This document shows, in pieces, positions 37,368 to 51,258 of a stretch of DNA of 64,000 bases. Source of the stretch: Lepidodermella squamata. Its lineage: Eukaryota > Animalia > Gastrotricha. Position 1 is the first letter of the stretch, and each line of letters opens with the position of its first letter. The DNA lies in contig JBLDXI010000015.1 in assembly GCA_047495785.1 (NCBI GenBank), positions 3,410,001 to 3,474,000 of the forward strand, read 5' to 3'. Below the pieces are notes generated by a model that worked only from the letters and a program-made list of their open reading frames with translations, ran no database searches and was not told the DNA's origin. Both the position numbers and the translations under genes were made by a program.

Positions 37368-38739
37368 TCAGGTGCTGGTATTCATATAGCTGATGACTTC
37401 TTGCCACAGTAATGACTTCCAATGCTCTATTGTCGCTTCGTTTTCGGTTGAGCTGACGTCGTAGTCAAAAGCCTCGAGCTATAGAAAATTATAATTACCA
37501 TAAAAAATTTACGATTTTTATGAAGATTACTCACCATTCCGTTGACTTCCTCTGAATTATACCACAGGCTGACGTAGGGATGAGAGATCGCTTCTTCGGC
37601 GCTCGGTCTCAATTCTGGGTCGATGTTTAGCAATTTCGCCAGTAAATCTCGAGCCTGAGCTGAGTTCAAGAGGTCAGGGTGTTCCATAGAAGCTGGAAAA
37701 AATTAATCTTCATATCAATTTAAAGAAAGCTGGATTTAACTCACGATCGGGAAAACAGCTGTCTGGGAATTGAGTTTCGAAAGGAACTGGGGTCGAAAAC
37801 GGCGTTTTCCGGGTAATAAAGGTTCTAACCTCGGGCCTGAGGCGGGACATGAAAGCTTCGGTTGGCATACCGAATTTCGCGGCGATTTTCATCCACTGGT
37901 CGACATGGTCCTTACCGGGTAGGTAGATTTCACGTTTGATCATTTCAGCGAAAATGCACCCAACCGCCCAAATGTCAGCCTTAGTTGAGTAGGCACTCAT
38001 TTCGAGGATGACTTCCGGGGCACGGTACCACCTAGTGAAGACATAGGGCGACATTTGCGGGTTCTGGCAACGCGCAAGGCCGAAGTCGAGCAGTTTCAAC
38101 TCACAGCCCGAGTTCTTAACGACGATATTGCCAGGTTTGAGGTCGCGGTGGATAATACCCAGGCGGTGTAGGTGGTTTACGGAACACAGCAGCTGGTATA
38201 ACAAAAACGACAGTTGCTCGTGATGCACATCCACTCCGCCTTTACGAAAAGATGAAGACAGATCGAAGTCCATCAATTCCATGACGATATAACATGTGTC
38301 AAATTGATCATATCTAATAACAGCAAAAATTAGTTGATTTTTGAAAATTTAATCAAATGGGACTTACGAGTTGGCATTTGTGAAAGCATCCAGCATCTTG
38401 ATGATATTAGGATGAGAAGGTAGTCGTCGCATGAGGGCGAATTCTCGTAAAGCTCGCCTAGCGATGAGTTCAGTCTGAAAGGGTCTCAGTAACTTTTTTA
38501 TTGCAACATCTTCCCCGGTCATGAGGTCTCTGGACACTCTAAAAAATGATAAAAAAAAATTTAAATTTTTTAAAATAATTTGTATTAACTTACACAACAA
38601 CACCCTGAGCTCCGCTTCCTAGGACAGTTGTCGGGCGGCTGTAGCGTGGAGGTAGCTCGAAAATAACTTCACCGCCTTTCGTCGTGATCGTATGAGGTAC
38701 AAATGTCATGCGTCTCTGCGGGGCAACATTCGCCGCCAT
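37368..38739 (-). CDS. JNK-family MAP kinase A (activation loop SPY), 5 exons
   Basis: [81 protein letters not shown]. Confidence 0.9.
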
Positions 38740-39124
38740 TGCTTTGTGTTTAAATTTAAGCAAAAATTTACCTAACAACATGATAATTAAGGGCGTGTAA
38801 AGCAAACTACTTGTCAATAGAGCAATCGAATTTCGCACATCAGGGTGCTTATTTTTTATTGCTATTTTTTAATTATGTTGTAGTTGTGTCTCACAGCACG
38901 TGGCCAGGTCAGGGGAAAACGCATCCTGCCTATAACATAGGAGGCAGGCCATCTCTATTACACGCAGGTTTTAATGAATTATAAATTTAGGCGCGTGTGT
39001 GCATGTGTGGAACGAAAAATTCTACGCTGCGCACCAAAAATTATTGTTATACTAAAAACAACACAGAGGGCGCGCCGCGCTCAGGTGGAAAAATTTTGTG
39101 TCACTCAATAATATACGAAAAAAT

Positions 39125-40193
39125 TGAGTCAAAGCATATATAGCTTTTACTACTATATACCTATAGTAAGCGAGCGCACATTTTATCATTAAAAATGCGT
39201 GGCAGTTTTTTTACGCAAGCTAATAAATTGAATACGAAGTTTAATATTACAACAGAGGGGACAGCAGTTACGATGCGCACTCTGCAAGAAGCTTTTTGTG
39301 TTATATAATAGTCAGGTAATACACAATGTTTTATAAACCCTCTCTACGTTCTGCTCAATGAGCCTGCCTTTATTTCTGCTGAAGAAGAAGCATCCTATAG
39401 TACTTTGCAAGCTAGTATTTTATCAGGCTGCTCGTTTAATAATACAAGCTACATACGCAGAGATAAGGCTGTATTTAATGCCTGCTGTACGGGGCTATAG
39501 TAAAACCGAACCACTAGCGGTGAAAATATACTAGACGAGGAACGAACCAGGGGATGAGATGTAAAGCGTGTTTACTCCTAAAAGAAACGAGGCTAATTTA
39601 GGCTGATAAAAAAATATTATACCTTCTTCTGGTAATTGGCTGTCGACTTTTTGACCGAGAAGAACGATTCATACGTACGCCCGGCCAGTTTTGCTGTTGT
39701 AAAAACAAAAGTAACAAAAATACGGAACTTACCTCGCTATTTTTTCGTGGTGAAAAAATTGATTTTGAAGCGGACATTATTATTATTTTTTATAGCGCGG
39801 CTTTTCTTTCGGGATGCGTGAATCCGGCCTTTATCGCCCGTCGTGTTGCGGAAAAACCTACGTTCCCTGTAGAATACTTGTTGCAATGAAATCTTATAGT
39901 ATTATACGGTGAAGAAAACAATTATAAAGCGTGTGGTGATGCAATATTGAGTCAAAAGCGCTAAAAGCCACGCGTGATAGGTCATGCGGTAAAAAAGAAG
40001 ACGCCTGTCGGGTGAGGCTACGATTATTGCTTATTCCGCTTAACAAGAGTTTAATTTCTGTCGCGGTGCGTGATTTTTTTTAGCCATTTGAAGTGTCAGC
40101 GAGAGACATTCACACGTGATATATCCAGGTACTTGAACAATTTTCTATCTCGCTTCCGCTGCAGCAGAGCCTGGGAGTAGCGGCGATGAGTCA
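39125..40193. promoter_or_regulatory. Cluster of three AP-1 (TGAGTCA) sites upstream of JNK-A
   Basis: TGAGTCA at 39125-39131, 39948-39954 and 40187-40193. Confidence 0.45.
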
Positions 40194-40329
40194 CTATTTC
40201 AACTTCCGCGATTACTCATGCTATATATCATTAATAATTAATTGAAAAACCTGGAGTAAAATAATTGAACTCGATTATTGTTGCGGATACATTTTATTCA
40301 GATAGTCTGGGACTCATAAAAATTAAAAG

Positions 40330-43063
40330 CTACGGAACCATAACGTAATCATCTACAACCGACGGCTCATCTTCGGATTTTTCGGATAGAAATGCCTGAA
40401 ATTCGGCCCACATTAAATTTTTCCAAGCTTCGACATCAGGTCGTGCAGCACCTAGATATTGCTCCAAAACATCAAGCCCCAAAAACTGAAATAAAATAAT
40501 GTGAAAAATAGAAAATAACGATATAAGGGAAATCTAACTGCATCGATTGGGGCTTCGGTTTCCGAAGGTTCAGCCCAATAATTGACGTAAGGATGCTTTA
40601 GAGCATCGGCAGCTGAAAGACGTCGATCAGGATCAAGGACGAGTAATTTCGATAGCAAATCACGAGCTTCAGTAGTGCAGAGGGTGCTCAACTCCTCCGA
40701 GTCTGAAAAATCGGCGTAATACGATAATTAGTATCGGAATTATATTAACCTGGAGGGAAAAGCTCATCAGGGAATTGCTGATCGATAGGAATCGCTTGGC
40801 AAGTCGGAGTTCGTTCGACAATAAACTGCTTAACTGTCGGGCTGATCTTCTGCATCATCGTCTCGTCGGGCATGCCGAATTTAGCCGCAATTTTGAACCA
40901 CTGATCCATGTAATTGTCGCCTCGATGGTAGATGTCCCGTAAAAGTGTTTCGGCGAAAATACACCCGACCGCCCACATGTCGGATTTTGTTGTGTACTTC
41001 ATACTTAGAATCACCTCAGGAGCGCGGTACCATCGAGTGCAAACCTTCGGAATTATTTTTATTTTTAGAATTCAGGGTAAAAAATGCCGACTCACATATT
41101 CAGTCATTCTCGTACCGTCATCCCCACATCGGGCTAAACCAAAGTCGATCAATTTTATCGTACAGTTGCTGCAGCAAACGACCATGTTTTCAGGTTTAAG
41201 ATCTCGGTGAAGAATGCCGAGTCGGTGTAGATGATTAACAGCGCATAGAACTTGATACATGACGAAAGACATGACTTTGTGGCCCTGCGATTTCAGGCCA
41301 ACTCGGCGGAATTCTGAGAATGAGCAATCGAGAAGTTCAAGCACCAGGTACAGCGTGTCGAACTTCTCTAGGCTATCTGCTGTTGTGAAAGCGTCCAAGA
41401 GTTCGATGATATAGGGATGCTTCGGAATACGACGCATGAGAACAAATTCGCGATACGAACGCTTTGCCAAAATTTCATGCTGGAAGGGAGTGAGTAATTT
41501 TTTGATCGCGACTTCACGATTTTTCCAAGTATCTCGACATGCTCTAAAAGTCATTATATTTACAAAAATTTAGTACATTTTTTCGAATACAAATTACGCA
41601 TCTAAATTAAATTCACATTTGCCGTAACGCTGGTTACGTTTGGACGTGGTCATTTTGAGATCCCCTAATTCCCAGTCAACACAAATTGCTTTGCGGAAAA
41701 AATTTAATGACTTTTTTATGCAAAACACATTTATGCGCGTCTCAATAAAACTTTGCATATGCTAATGAGGCGTCCTAAGTTCAAACCCCGCCATCACCGC
41801 TATTCAGCTGTCTGGGGCAATCGGCGGCAGCGGATCCACACCAGCGAGCAGGCAACTGGTGACGATAGTTAGCAACGGAGCAGTTACTACGGCGAAAAAT
41901 AAGCTAGTCACCGCCAAAGACCTTTGACTCCAGGAATCATCGACAAGGGAGGTCATTATCGATGAGCTAAATCTCGAACAATGAACATGAATCACGACGG
42001 GAAAGCAAAGATGCCAAAATAACGGCGCAATCTGCCTAGTAGTTATCGATGACATTTCGCCCGATATTAAAAATGATGGCGACATGATCACGAAACTCGA
42101 TAGAACAATTGACGGTCAGAATTTCCAGACTGGTTGTTTTTGGCATGGGAGGAGCCCGAATCACCTTGGAAACCCCCGAAATGGCATCGGATGCTATGAC
42201 TGTTAAAGGCTGGGCGGACGAATGCCTTCGGAGGAGGCATTCTCGAGTTCACCGCATGGAGAAATATTACGAATACTTTCCAGATGAAGCCAAGACGAAC
42301 CAACGTAAAACATCGGTGGCCACCGATGCTCGTAACATGCGCCAATCGCAACGGCCTAAAATCGGCAAACTGGGGCGGCTGCACGCCGTCAAACGCGACG
42401 AGCGGGTCCTTTCCAAAATTGCGAAAATTTAAGGTAGAAAATACGCAGGAGCCCGTGCTGACGCCGCCGCTCCAACCGACATTCAAACCAGCCCCACCAA
42501 GTCCAGCCCAACGACAAACTAATGGAAGCGATTGCCACGAAAATTGCCAAAAGCGCCGCGAGGCGGAGGATTGATGATTGTTAAAATAAAATCTCGATAT
42601 TCCTAAGTTATTGCCCAAATTTACCCATACCTTCAACTAATTTGATAAAATCACTGTAAAATGTGAAAATTCCAGAATTTTCATAATATGAGAGGGTGCC
42701 GATTTCCGATGTCAGTAAAAAATTCTTTCTAATTTCCAATTTTCATAATTTCTTCCCTGATTTTTATAGACCCTAGAACTACCGTATGTCTTATTCCACT
42801 GACGTATCCGGAAGTCCTGAGAATTTTCTGACAAATTATTATAAATCCAGAAAAAAAGTTATAATGGCGTCAAATAGAGCATATAATTCGACTTACATAA
42901 CGGCTCCTTGAGCCCCGCTGCCGAGAACCCGGTAGTGTAAAGTGCCATCAGTCGGATGCGTAGTCATTATCGGCTCATACCGAGGCGGCAGTTCGAAAAT
43001 AACATCGCCTCCTTTCGTCGGCACGGTATGTGGGACGAACATTCGCCGGCTTTTCGCAGCCAT
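40330..43063 (-). CDS. JNK-family MAP kinase B (activation loop TEY), first intron ~1.35 kb
   Basis: Exon 1 [12 protein letters not shown]...LGSGAQGAV; HRDLKPEN; [17 protein letters not shown]|[10 protein letters not shown]; [14 protein letters not shown]; WKNLMWAEF. Confidence 0.9.
41760..42600 (+). mobile_element. Degraded coding-like insert in JNK-B intron 1, possibly a non-LTR retrotransposon ORF1 remnant
   Basis: GC-richer, stop-riddled frames with RRM-like [15 protein letters not shown], decayed Cys/His-knuckle-like bits and a Pro-rich tail; the homologous intron is ~50-70 nt in the three paralogs. Confidence 0.3.
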
Positions 43064-43531
43064 CTTCTTGAATAAATGAAATTGTAAGGTGAGCTGTTCT
43101 GTACTTCAAGCCTAGAATCTCATCTACATTAAAAAGAGCAGCTCATTCAGGTGGTAGATTTGATGCGCCAGACTTTCAGAGCTCTTAATACACACATTTG
43201 GAAGTGTTCCTGTAATATGAATAGTAAAGCGCTGTAAAAAAAAATAATGATAAAAAAAGCCTCAATAAAAAGTGTGACAGCATTGACCGAGTTCTGGCAC
43301 GAGTGAGTGCATTGTAAAAAGCGATAAAAAATCCATTGTTATCACGTAATCACTGCTGGGGCCAAGTGAAAATGCCAAATTGATTCATTTTAAGGCATTT
43401 TAAACGAAACACGAGCGTTCTCACGATTTTGGACTCTGTAATTTTGTCTTGAAAGCGGAAGTCACAAAATATGTTTATTTTTTATTAGTGAGACATGTCT
43501 AGATCTAAATACATTTTTTCTTGGATATATA

Positions 43532-44820
43532 TTAAATGCTGATTGGTTCACTGATTTGAGGTTTCGTCGCTAAGTAGTCAGTAAATTCTGCCCACATGAG
43601 TTTTTTCCAATATTCGATACTAGGCACCGTTGACGCTTGTTGGCTATCGATGACGCGATCGATTTCTTCTAACCGTTCGAACTCCGGGATCGGCGCCTCG
43701 ACCTCGGCTGGATTACTCCAAACACTGACGTAAGGATGCTTTAACGCATCCTCAGCCGACAGCCGCTTTTCCGGGTCTAACACCAACATTTTCGATAGCA
43801 AATCCCTCGCTTGCTCCATATTCAGAGTAGGATGCTCGGTTGAATCTTGAGGGAAAACGTAGACCGGGAACTGGCTGGTTAAAGATACAGCCTGGCAATT
43901 AGGAGTTCGGGTTGTCACAAAATTTTGAACATTTGGCGCGAGTTTATCCATAACGCTTTTTTCAGGTAACCCGAATTTCGCCGCAGTTTTAATCCACTGA
44001 TCGACATGGTCCTTACCGGGCAGGTAAATTTCGCGTTTGATCATTTCGGCGAAAATGCACCCGACCGCCCAAATATCAGCCTTTGTGGTGTATTCCATCA
44101 TTAGGATAACCTCAGGCGCTCGGTACCACCGGGTGTAGACGTAAGATGTCATTTTCGTGCCTTCGTCGCTGCAACGAGCTAGTCCGAAATCGATAAGCTT
44201 CAACTCACACCCGCTGTTCTTGACGACTAAATTTTCGGGTTTCAGATCGCGGTGAGCTATACCTAACCGGTGCAGGTGATTAACAGCGCATAACATTTGG
44301 TAGACGATAAACGAAAGCTGCTCGTGTTCTTCGCATTGCATGCCAGTTTTGCGGAAGGCGGATAGATCAAAGTCCAGGAGATCCATGACCAGGTAGAGCG
44401 TATCGACATTTTCTATGTTGTCTGAGGTTGTGAAGGCGTCGAGAAGGTTGACGATATTTGGGTGTTTAGGAATACGGCGCATTAGGACAAACTCGCGATA
44501 GGCGCGTTTCGCTGTCAGCTCTGTCCGAAATGGGGTCAACAGCTTCTTAACCGCAACTTTATTTCCGGTAATATTGTCATGGCACGCTCTGAAAAAAATA
44601 GTTCAAAATAATTTAAAAAATTTAAGGCGGAAATTGAAACTCACATCACAGCGCCTTGAGCTCCACTTCCAAGGACCTTGTACTGAGGGGTCAGGTCATC
44701 TCCGGTTTGGATGACCATAGGTGTGTACCGGACAGGTAGTTCGAAAACCACATTGCCTCCTTTCGATGTAGTAATCGTGTACTTCTTAATTCCAGGCTTT
44801 GCGGATGATGCACTACTCAT
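43532..44820 (-). CDS. JNK-family MAP kinase C (activation loop TSY), 2 exons
   Basis: [58 protein letters not shown]; alternative start at 44853. Confidence 0.92.
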
Positions 44821-45811
44821 TCCAGCCCGGCGTAAGATCGTAGTTAAAGTCATGATATGAGTGCGAAAATAATTGTTTATTTAAAAACTATTGGGGAAAA
44901 ATAGCGAAACAATGAATCAACTAACAATGGTGAAGGTCAAATTTACAGACTGTTATCGCGCCCTGTAAAATAATTCCAACGTGGCATAACCTGGGAAATA
45001 TAATAGCTAAGTGATGACAAGCTTCCACTGAAAGATGAATGTGCTGGAAAAGTCGATTATATATATAGTGGCTGCGAAAGTGGCGGTGTTTCACAGAGTG
45101 CGGGTGAAGTGACTAATCATCGAATGATTGCATCATAGCCTAGGCCTTTTAAAAAATTATTATTATCACTATAGGTATACATCCTCGTGCTGATACTAAA
45201 GCGTATATATAAAACATATAACCGTAAATTGTGTTTGCGCGCAAAAAAAATTGGCAGCGTGTTACTCATATAGAAGCACTGTAGTATGTGTATCTACAAT
45301 ATTTATATCAGCACGAGCAGTATGATGACTAATGCCTGCGCCTGCCTACCTATCTGCCCATACCTATAGTATGAAATTGCACGCATGAATCATCACGCTA
45401 GCGAGTCACGCGTCACGCGCCTATATAAAAACGGGTCAAAAATGCGCACGGCATCGGCTATTTTTCTGCATTGGCTATTGTCCGGTTTTTATACACGTAT
45501 TATGGCATAATTCCTTTTCCGATCTATTTCCTGCTTATACAAAAACTAAATATCGCATATTTTGTGATTCCAGTGTTAAAAATATTTGGGTAAGTTGCGC
45601 ATATTATCCTTTTATTAATCTTGAATTGAAGAGTGCTGTCGCTTTTACAATAAAAATTCTATAGAAAATAATTATTCCCCGATGAAATCAATTGATGATT
45701 CATTCCTCTAGACATCACCCGGCGCGTGTTGCCTTATTGGTTATGGATGATTCATTTCTAGTGACAATAACAAATATATCTTCTGGACAATAATTTTATT
45801 CCTGTGATTAT

Positions 45812-47176
<1,365 letters not shown>

Positions 47177-47957
47177 GTCAGACAATATTAATAAAATTTA
47201 TTTCCCGGAAATTAATTGTAATGTCGTTTTTTATGATTCAGAAGGCTGCATGAAGTTGATTTTTTTACAGCACCTCAACTCGAGTATGTCTTGTGGTTTG
47301 CAAAACACCTGCTGGAGTGTAAAGAAATCGTTGGAAAATATGGATTTTATACACTGCTGCAAAACATATCGATAAGCACGTGCGCCTCGGTATAAAGAAA
47401 ATCATGCATACATTATGAGGCGTTCGCATCGACTAAACCTTTTTATTAATTATATAAGCTGCTGGAAATGTTACTTTGGGACAACGATGGTTGCCAGTCC
47501 TAGTAAACATGTACTGTATTGAAATAAAAATAACGCGAAATAAAATTGCCGTTCAAGTAGCCCTGTCGCTAAAAGGGCTCGTCCCTAAAATAGTACCTGG
47601 CCCTAATTGGTGAGAGGTCAAGTCAGTTCAAAATCGCAAAAACGTTGTCAAAAATTAATGTTTGATTTTTTTTCAAATTGTAAGGTTGAAATGTTAGTAG
47701 CCCGGTATAGGAACAAATAAATACGGTTAAAGTATATGAGCTTGTCCCGTTTTCTGATATTATGAGCACGCGTCGTATGAAATTGCGGGAACAATTATGA
47801 TAGGGCACAGGTGATGACATATCAGGTTAAATCTTCTCCTTATGGCTCGTGCCGCGTCACATTTCAGCGCGCGACTCCAGGTACTAATAACTGGGAGAAA
47901 AACTAGGAACCAAGTCTTTCCTAACAAATTGTTGCTGTCTTACATTTTCCTGAACCC

Positions 47958-50480
47958 ATGTCCAAACTGTTCACTCTTTTTATATTGTTGGGCGCAAGCC
48001 TAAGCTGCGCTAGTGCTGCTGTTAAGACGCGGCGTTGCGGAGTTCCAATCGAACCGGCCAAGTTGACCGCAAAAGTCGGCATTGACGAGCTCGCGTCGAC
48101 CGAAAACTGGCCGTGGCAGGTAGAAAAAAAAATTATATCGACCGAACTTTATTAAAGAAGTATTTCTGACTAATCAGGTTAGCATCCACAACTTGGAAAA
48201 TGAAGCTTACCCGTGTGCTGGTGTTCTTATAAGTAACCGCCACGTCATCACTGGAGCATGTGAGATAGCAATATAATTTTGTAAAAAATATCAAAACTTT
48301 GTTGTTAATTATAGCCTGCTTCGCACAGCTCGACTCAACTAAAGAGTAAGAAATCAATTATAATTTTCGATTTTTTTCATTATTTTAATCTCTAGACTTA
48401 AGCTGAGCAACTATCGCATTCTGATCGGCCGAACGGATGCAAGTAACACCAAGCAGGGAATTCAGCGGAGTATCACAAGCAAAATCGATCATCCTGATTG
48501 TAAGTATCTTTCAGTCATATTTGATCTCGCCTATCCTAAGCTGCTGCATTTTATAGATAGACCAGAGACGGCTGGAGTCAAGTATGACTCAAACATCGCC
48601 TTGCTCACACTAAATTTCCCTGTTCCTGATAAATTTACACACATCTGCCTGCCTAGCGCCGATGAAGAACCTTTGACTGGTACTCAAATGGTCATGACAG
48701 CGTATGACTCGAAGGATTTCAAATCCCTCCATCTCCGGCACGTAAAATTGTATTCAATGGTGGACGAAGAGTGCGTCCTGAACAATAATAAACTTACGAA
48801 GATGGTCAGTCCCAACACGGTAAGTCAGCCATTTTCGAGCTTTACTGCAACTTATAACTTCAATGTTGATAGTTATGTGCCTTTGCCAACAAAGATGTCT
48901 GCTTCGGGGCGACAGGGTCGGCGGTCGTTGCCAAGCGGGAGGGTCAGAATTTTTATACTCTCTATGGTTTTTCATCTCACAGTGAGTTCCTGTTATAAGC
49001 GAAAATTCTTGCTCATACAATGAAATTTTACAGGTTTACACCGCTGTTTTAACACTTCAAGCAATCCGAATATTTGCACCAAGGTTAGCTGCTTTGTCGA
49101 TTGGCTCAGAAGTAAGATGGGTCAGAAACGATCCCCGGCGGCCGCTGCTGCGAGGAAGCCACGCAACTGTGGAGTTCCGACCGAGGCCGTCGAGATCAGT
49201 GGAGGCATCGGTGACGACGAGCTTGCGTCGACCAATAACTGGCCATGGCAGGTTTGTAGCAATATAATCTGGGTCATTGTTATAACGCATCTTCTGCCAT
49301 AAAATGTAGGTCAGCATTCGCTTTACCAGCGGCAATTTCCCGTGCCATGGTGTTCTCATTAGCAATCGCCACGTCATCTCAACTATTTCATGCTTTAAGA
49401 ACAGCACCACGAAGAAAAAGTAAGATGTCAAAATAAAAATTGGAGAAAAAAACATCTTTTGCTGGATTCCAAAATTTACGCCTTTTGTCAATAAACTCCG
49501 GGAAATTTCCAAATCGTGGGCAGAATAAATGTTTTGAGTCGGCATTTGAATTTAAGTTCTGAGCAGCTCACCTTCAAAAATGAGCTGTTGAAAACTAAGT
49601 TTCGTTGTGAAATCGGAGATCAAAGTTAATAATAAAGTCATTTTGAGTTGCGAAGAGCTAAAAGAATTCTATAAAGTGTCAATGCTCGAAATGTCTAATA
49701 ATGGATCCTATTTAACGACTGAAATTGAGTTACTTTTTTGCTTTTTAGTTACCCACTTAGCAGCTACCAAGTGTTGATCGGCTGGACAGATCCGAGCGCA
49801 ACCAAGGAGCGCGGAATCACACGCAACGTTGCGAGCAAAATTGATCACCCTGACTGTAAGACTTTAAATTCTATCGCATTTTCAAAAATACATGGTTGAC
49901 TCATAGATGGTACGACAATTCACGATTCGAACATCGCCTTGCTCACCCTGGATGAGCCCGTTCCGGCTGAATACACTCCCATCTGCCTACCACAGGTCGG
50001 TGAGGATGAGCTGGAGACCGGCACTGAAGTCATCATGACAGCATACGATTCTGCGGATTACGAATCGCAGCATCTTCGCCATGTGAAATTGAATGCAATG
50101 ACCAGTGAAGAATGCGAACAAATCAGCGATAAATTCGCCACGGTTGTCAGTCCCAACATGGTTAGTGACTTTTCGCAATGATCATGCTAATTTCATTGTT
50201 GTTCTCTCTTAGTTCTGTATAACTTCTGACAAAGATGTCTGCTTTGGTAATTCCGGGTCAGCGGTTTTTTCTAAGCAGAGTGGTGACGATTTCTACACTC
50301 TACATGGCTTCTCATCGCATGGTTTGTTTTTTGGTCGTGGCATCGAGTGTCTTGTAATAATTTGATTCAACAGGTTTCCACCACTGCTTCAGCGTTTCTG
50401 ACCCGACTGTTTGCACCAAAGTCAGCAACTTTATTCAGTGGATAAAAAGCGAAACTGATATACGGATCGGTGACGAATGA
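47958..50480 (+). CDS. Secreted serine protease homologue with two tandem, catalytically inactive trypsin domains
   Basis: Signal peptide; each domain has CG.P, WPWQVSI, C.GVLISNRHVI, DHPD, NIALLTL, ICLP and CTKV; catalytic His/Asp/Ser motifs replaced; repeated exon pattern. Confidence 0.85.
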
Positions 50481-51258
50481 CGAATTGAATTAGCGGCATA
50501 CTAATGAATGTGCGACCGAAGCACAAAATCTGCCTAACTTTTCCGCAATTTCGACTCTGAACCTTTTTACTTGTTACTATTGTTTTGTATTGAAGCTTGC
50601 CAAATGTTTGAATCACCAAGCTAAACTGCATAATGGGATCATAGACGGAAATAAACACATCAGCTTTTTCAAATTATTTGTTGAAATTAAGGATGTTTAA
50701 TCCCGTGATGTGAGGTAACTTGGCGGGAAAAGGTACCTCATCGCCGATTTTATATTAAAGTAAATTAATTTCTTAAAATTGTTTTCGGTAGGAACATTCG
50801 GTAGGCACCTTCGGTTACAAAGGCTCAGAGCCGGAGGTAAAAATAACATACGCCATATGTGTACTACAAAAAATTCCAAATCCTGGTTTCCAGCTGCTGT
50901 CTAATTTGCCTTGAGTCAATTAATCCGCGCCAATCTACAGCAAATTGCTCGAGCGTGGGAGGAAACGATATTGACAGCAAACACCTTCCAACCTCGCATT
51001 AGCAGACATCAAAACTAGAAAAACAGAAGCCATACTGCTTAAGTTTATGCCTATATACCTATCCTAATTTTTTATACATTATAGAATTGTGGCGCTCAAA
51101 TCCCCGTTCAATAGAACAAATACCTAAAATTAAATAAATGGGATACAAGTTCTCTCTAGTCCCTGAATTTGTGTTTCCCAAAGTAGACACACTTGCAATA
51201 AGTATTTTAAAAGGTAAAATCCCTTGCTTCAAGTTCTCCTCATCGAATAGACATAGGC

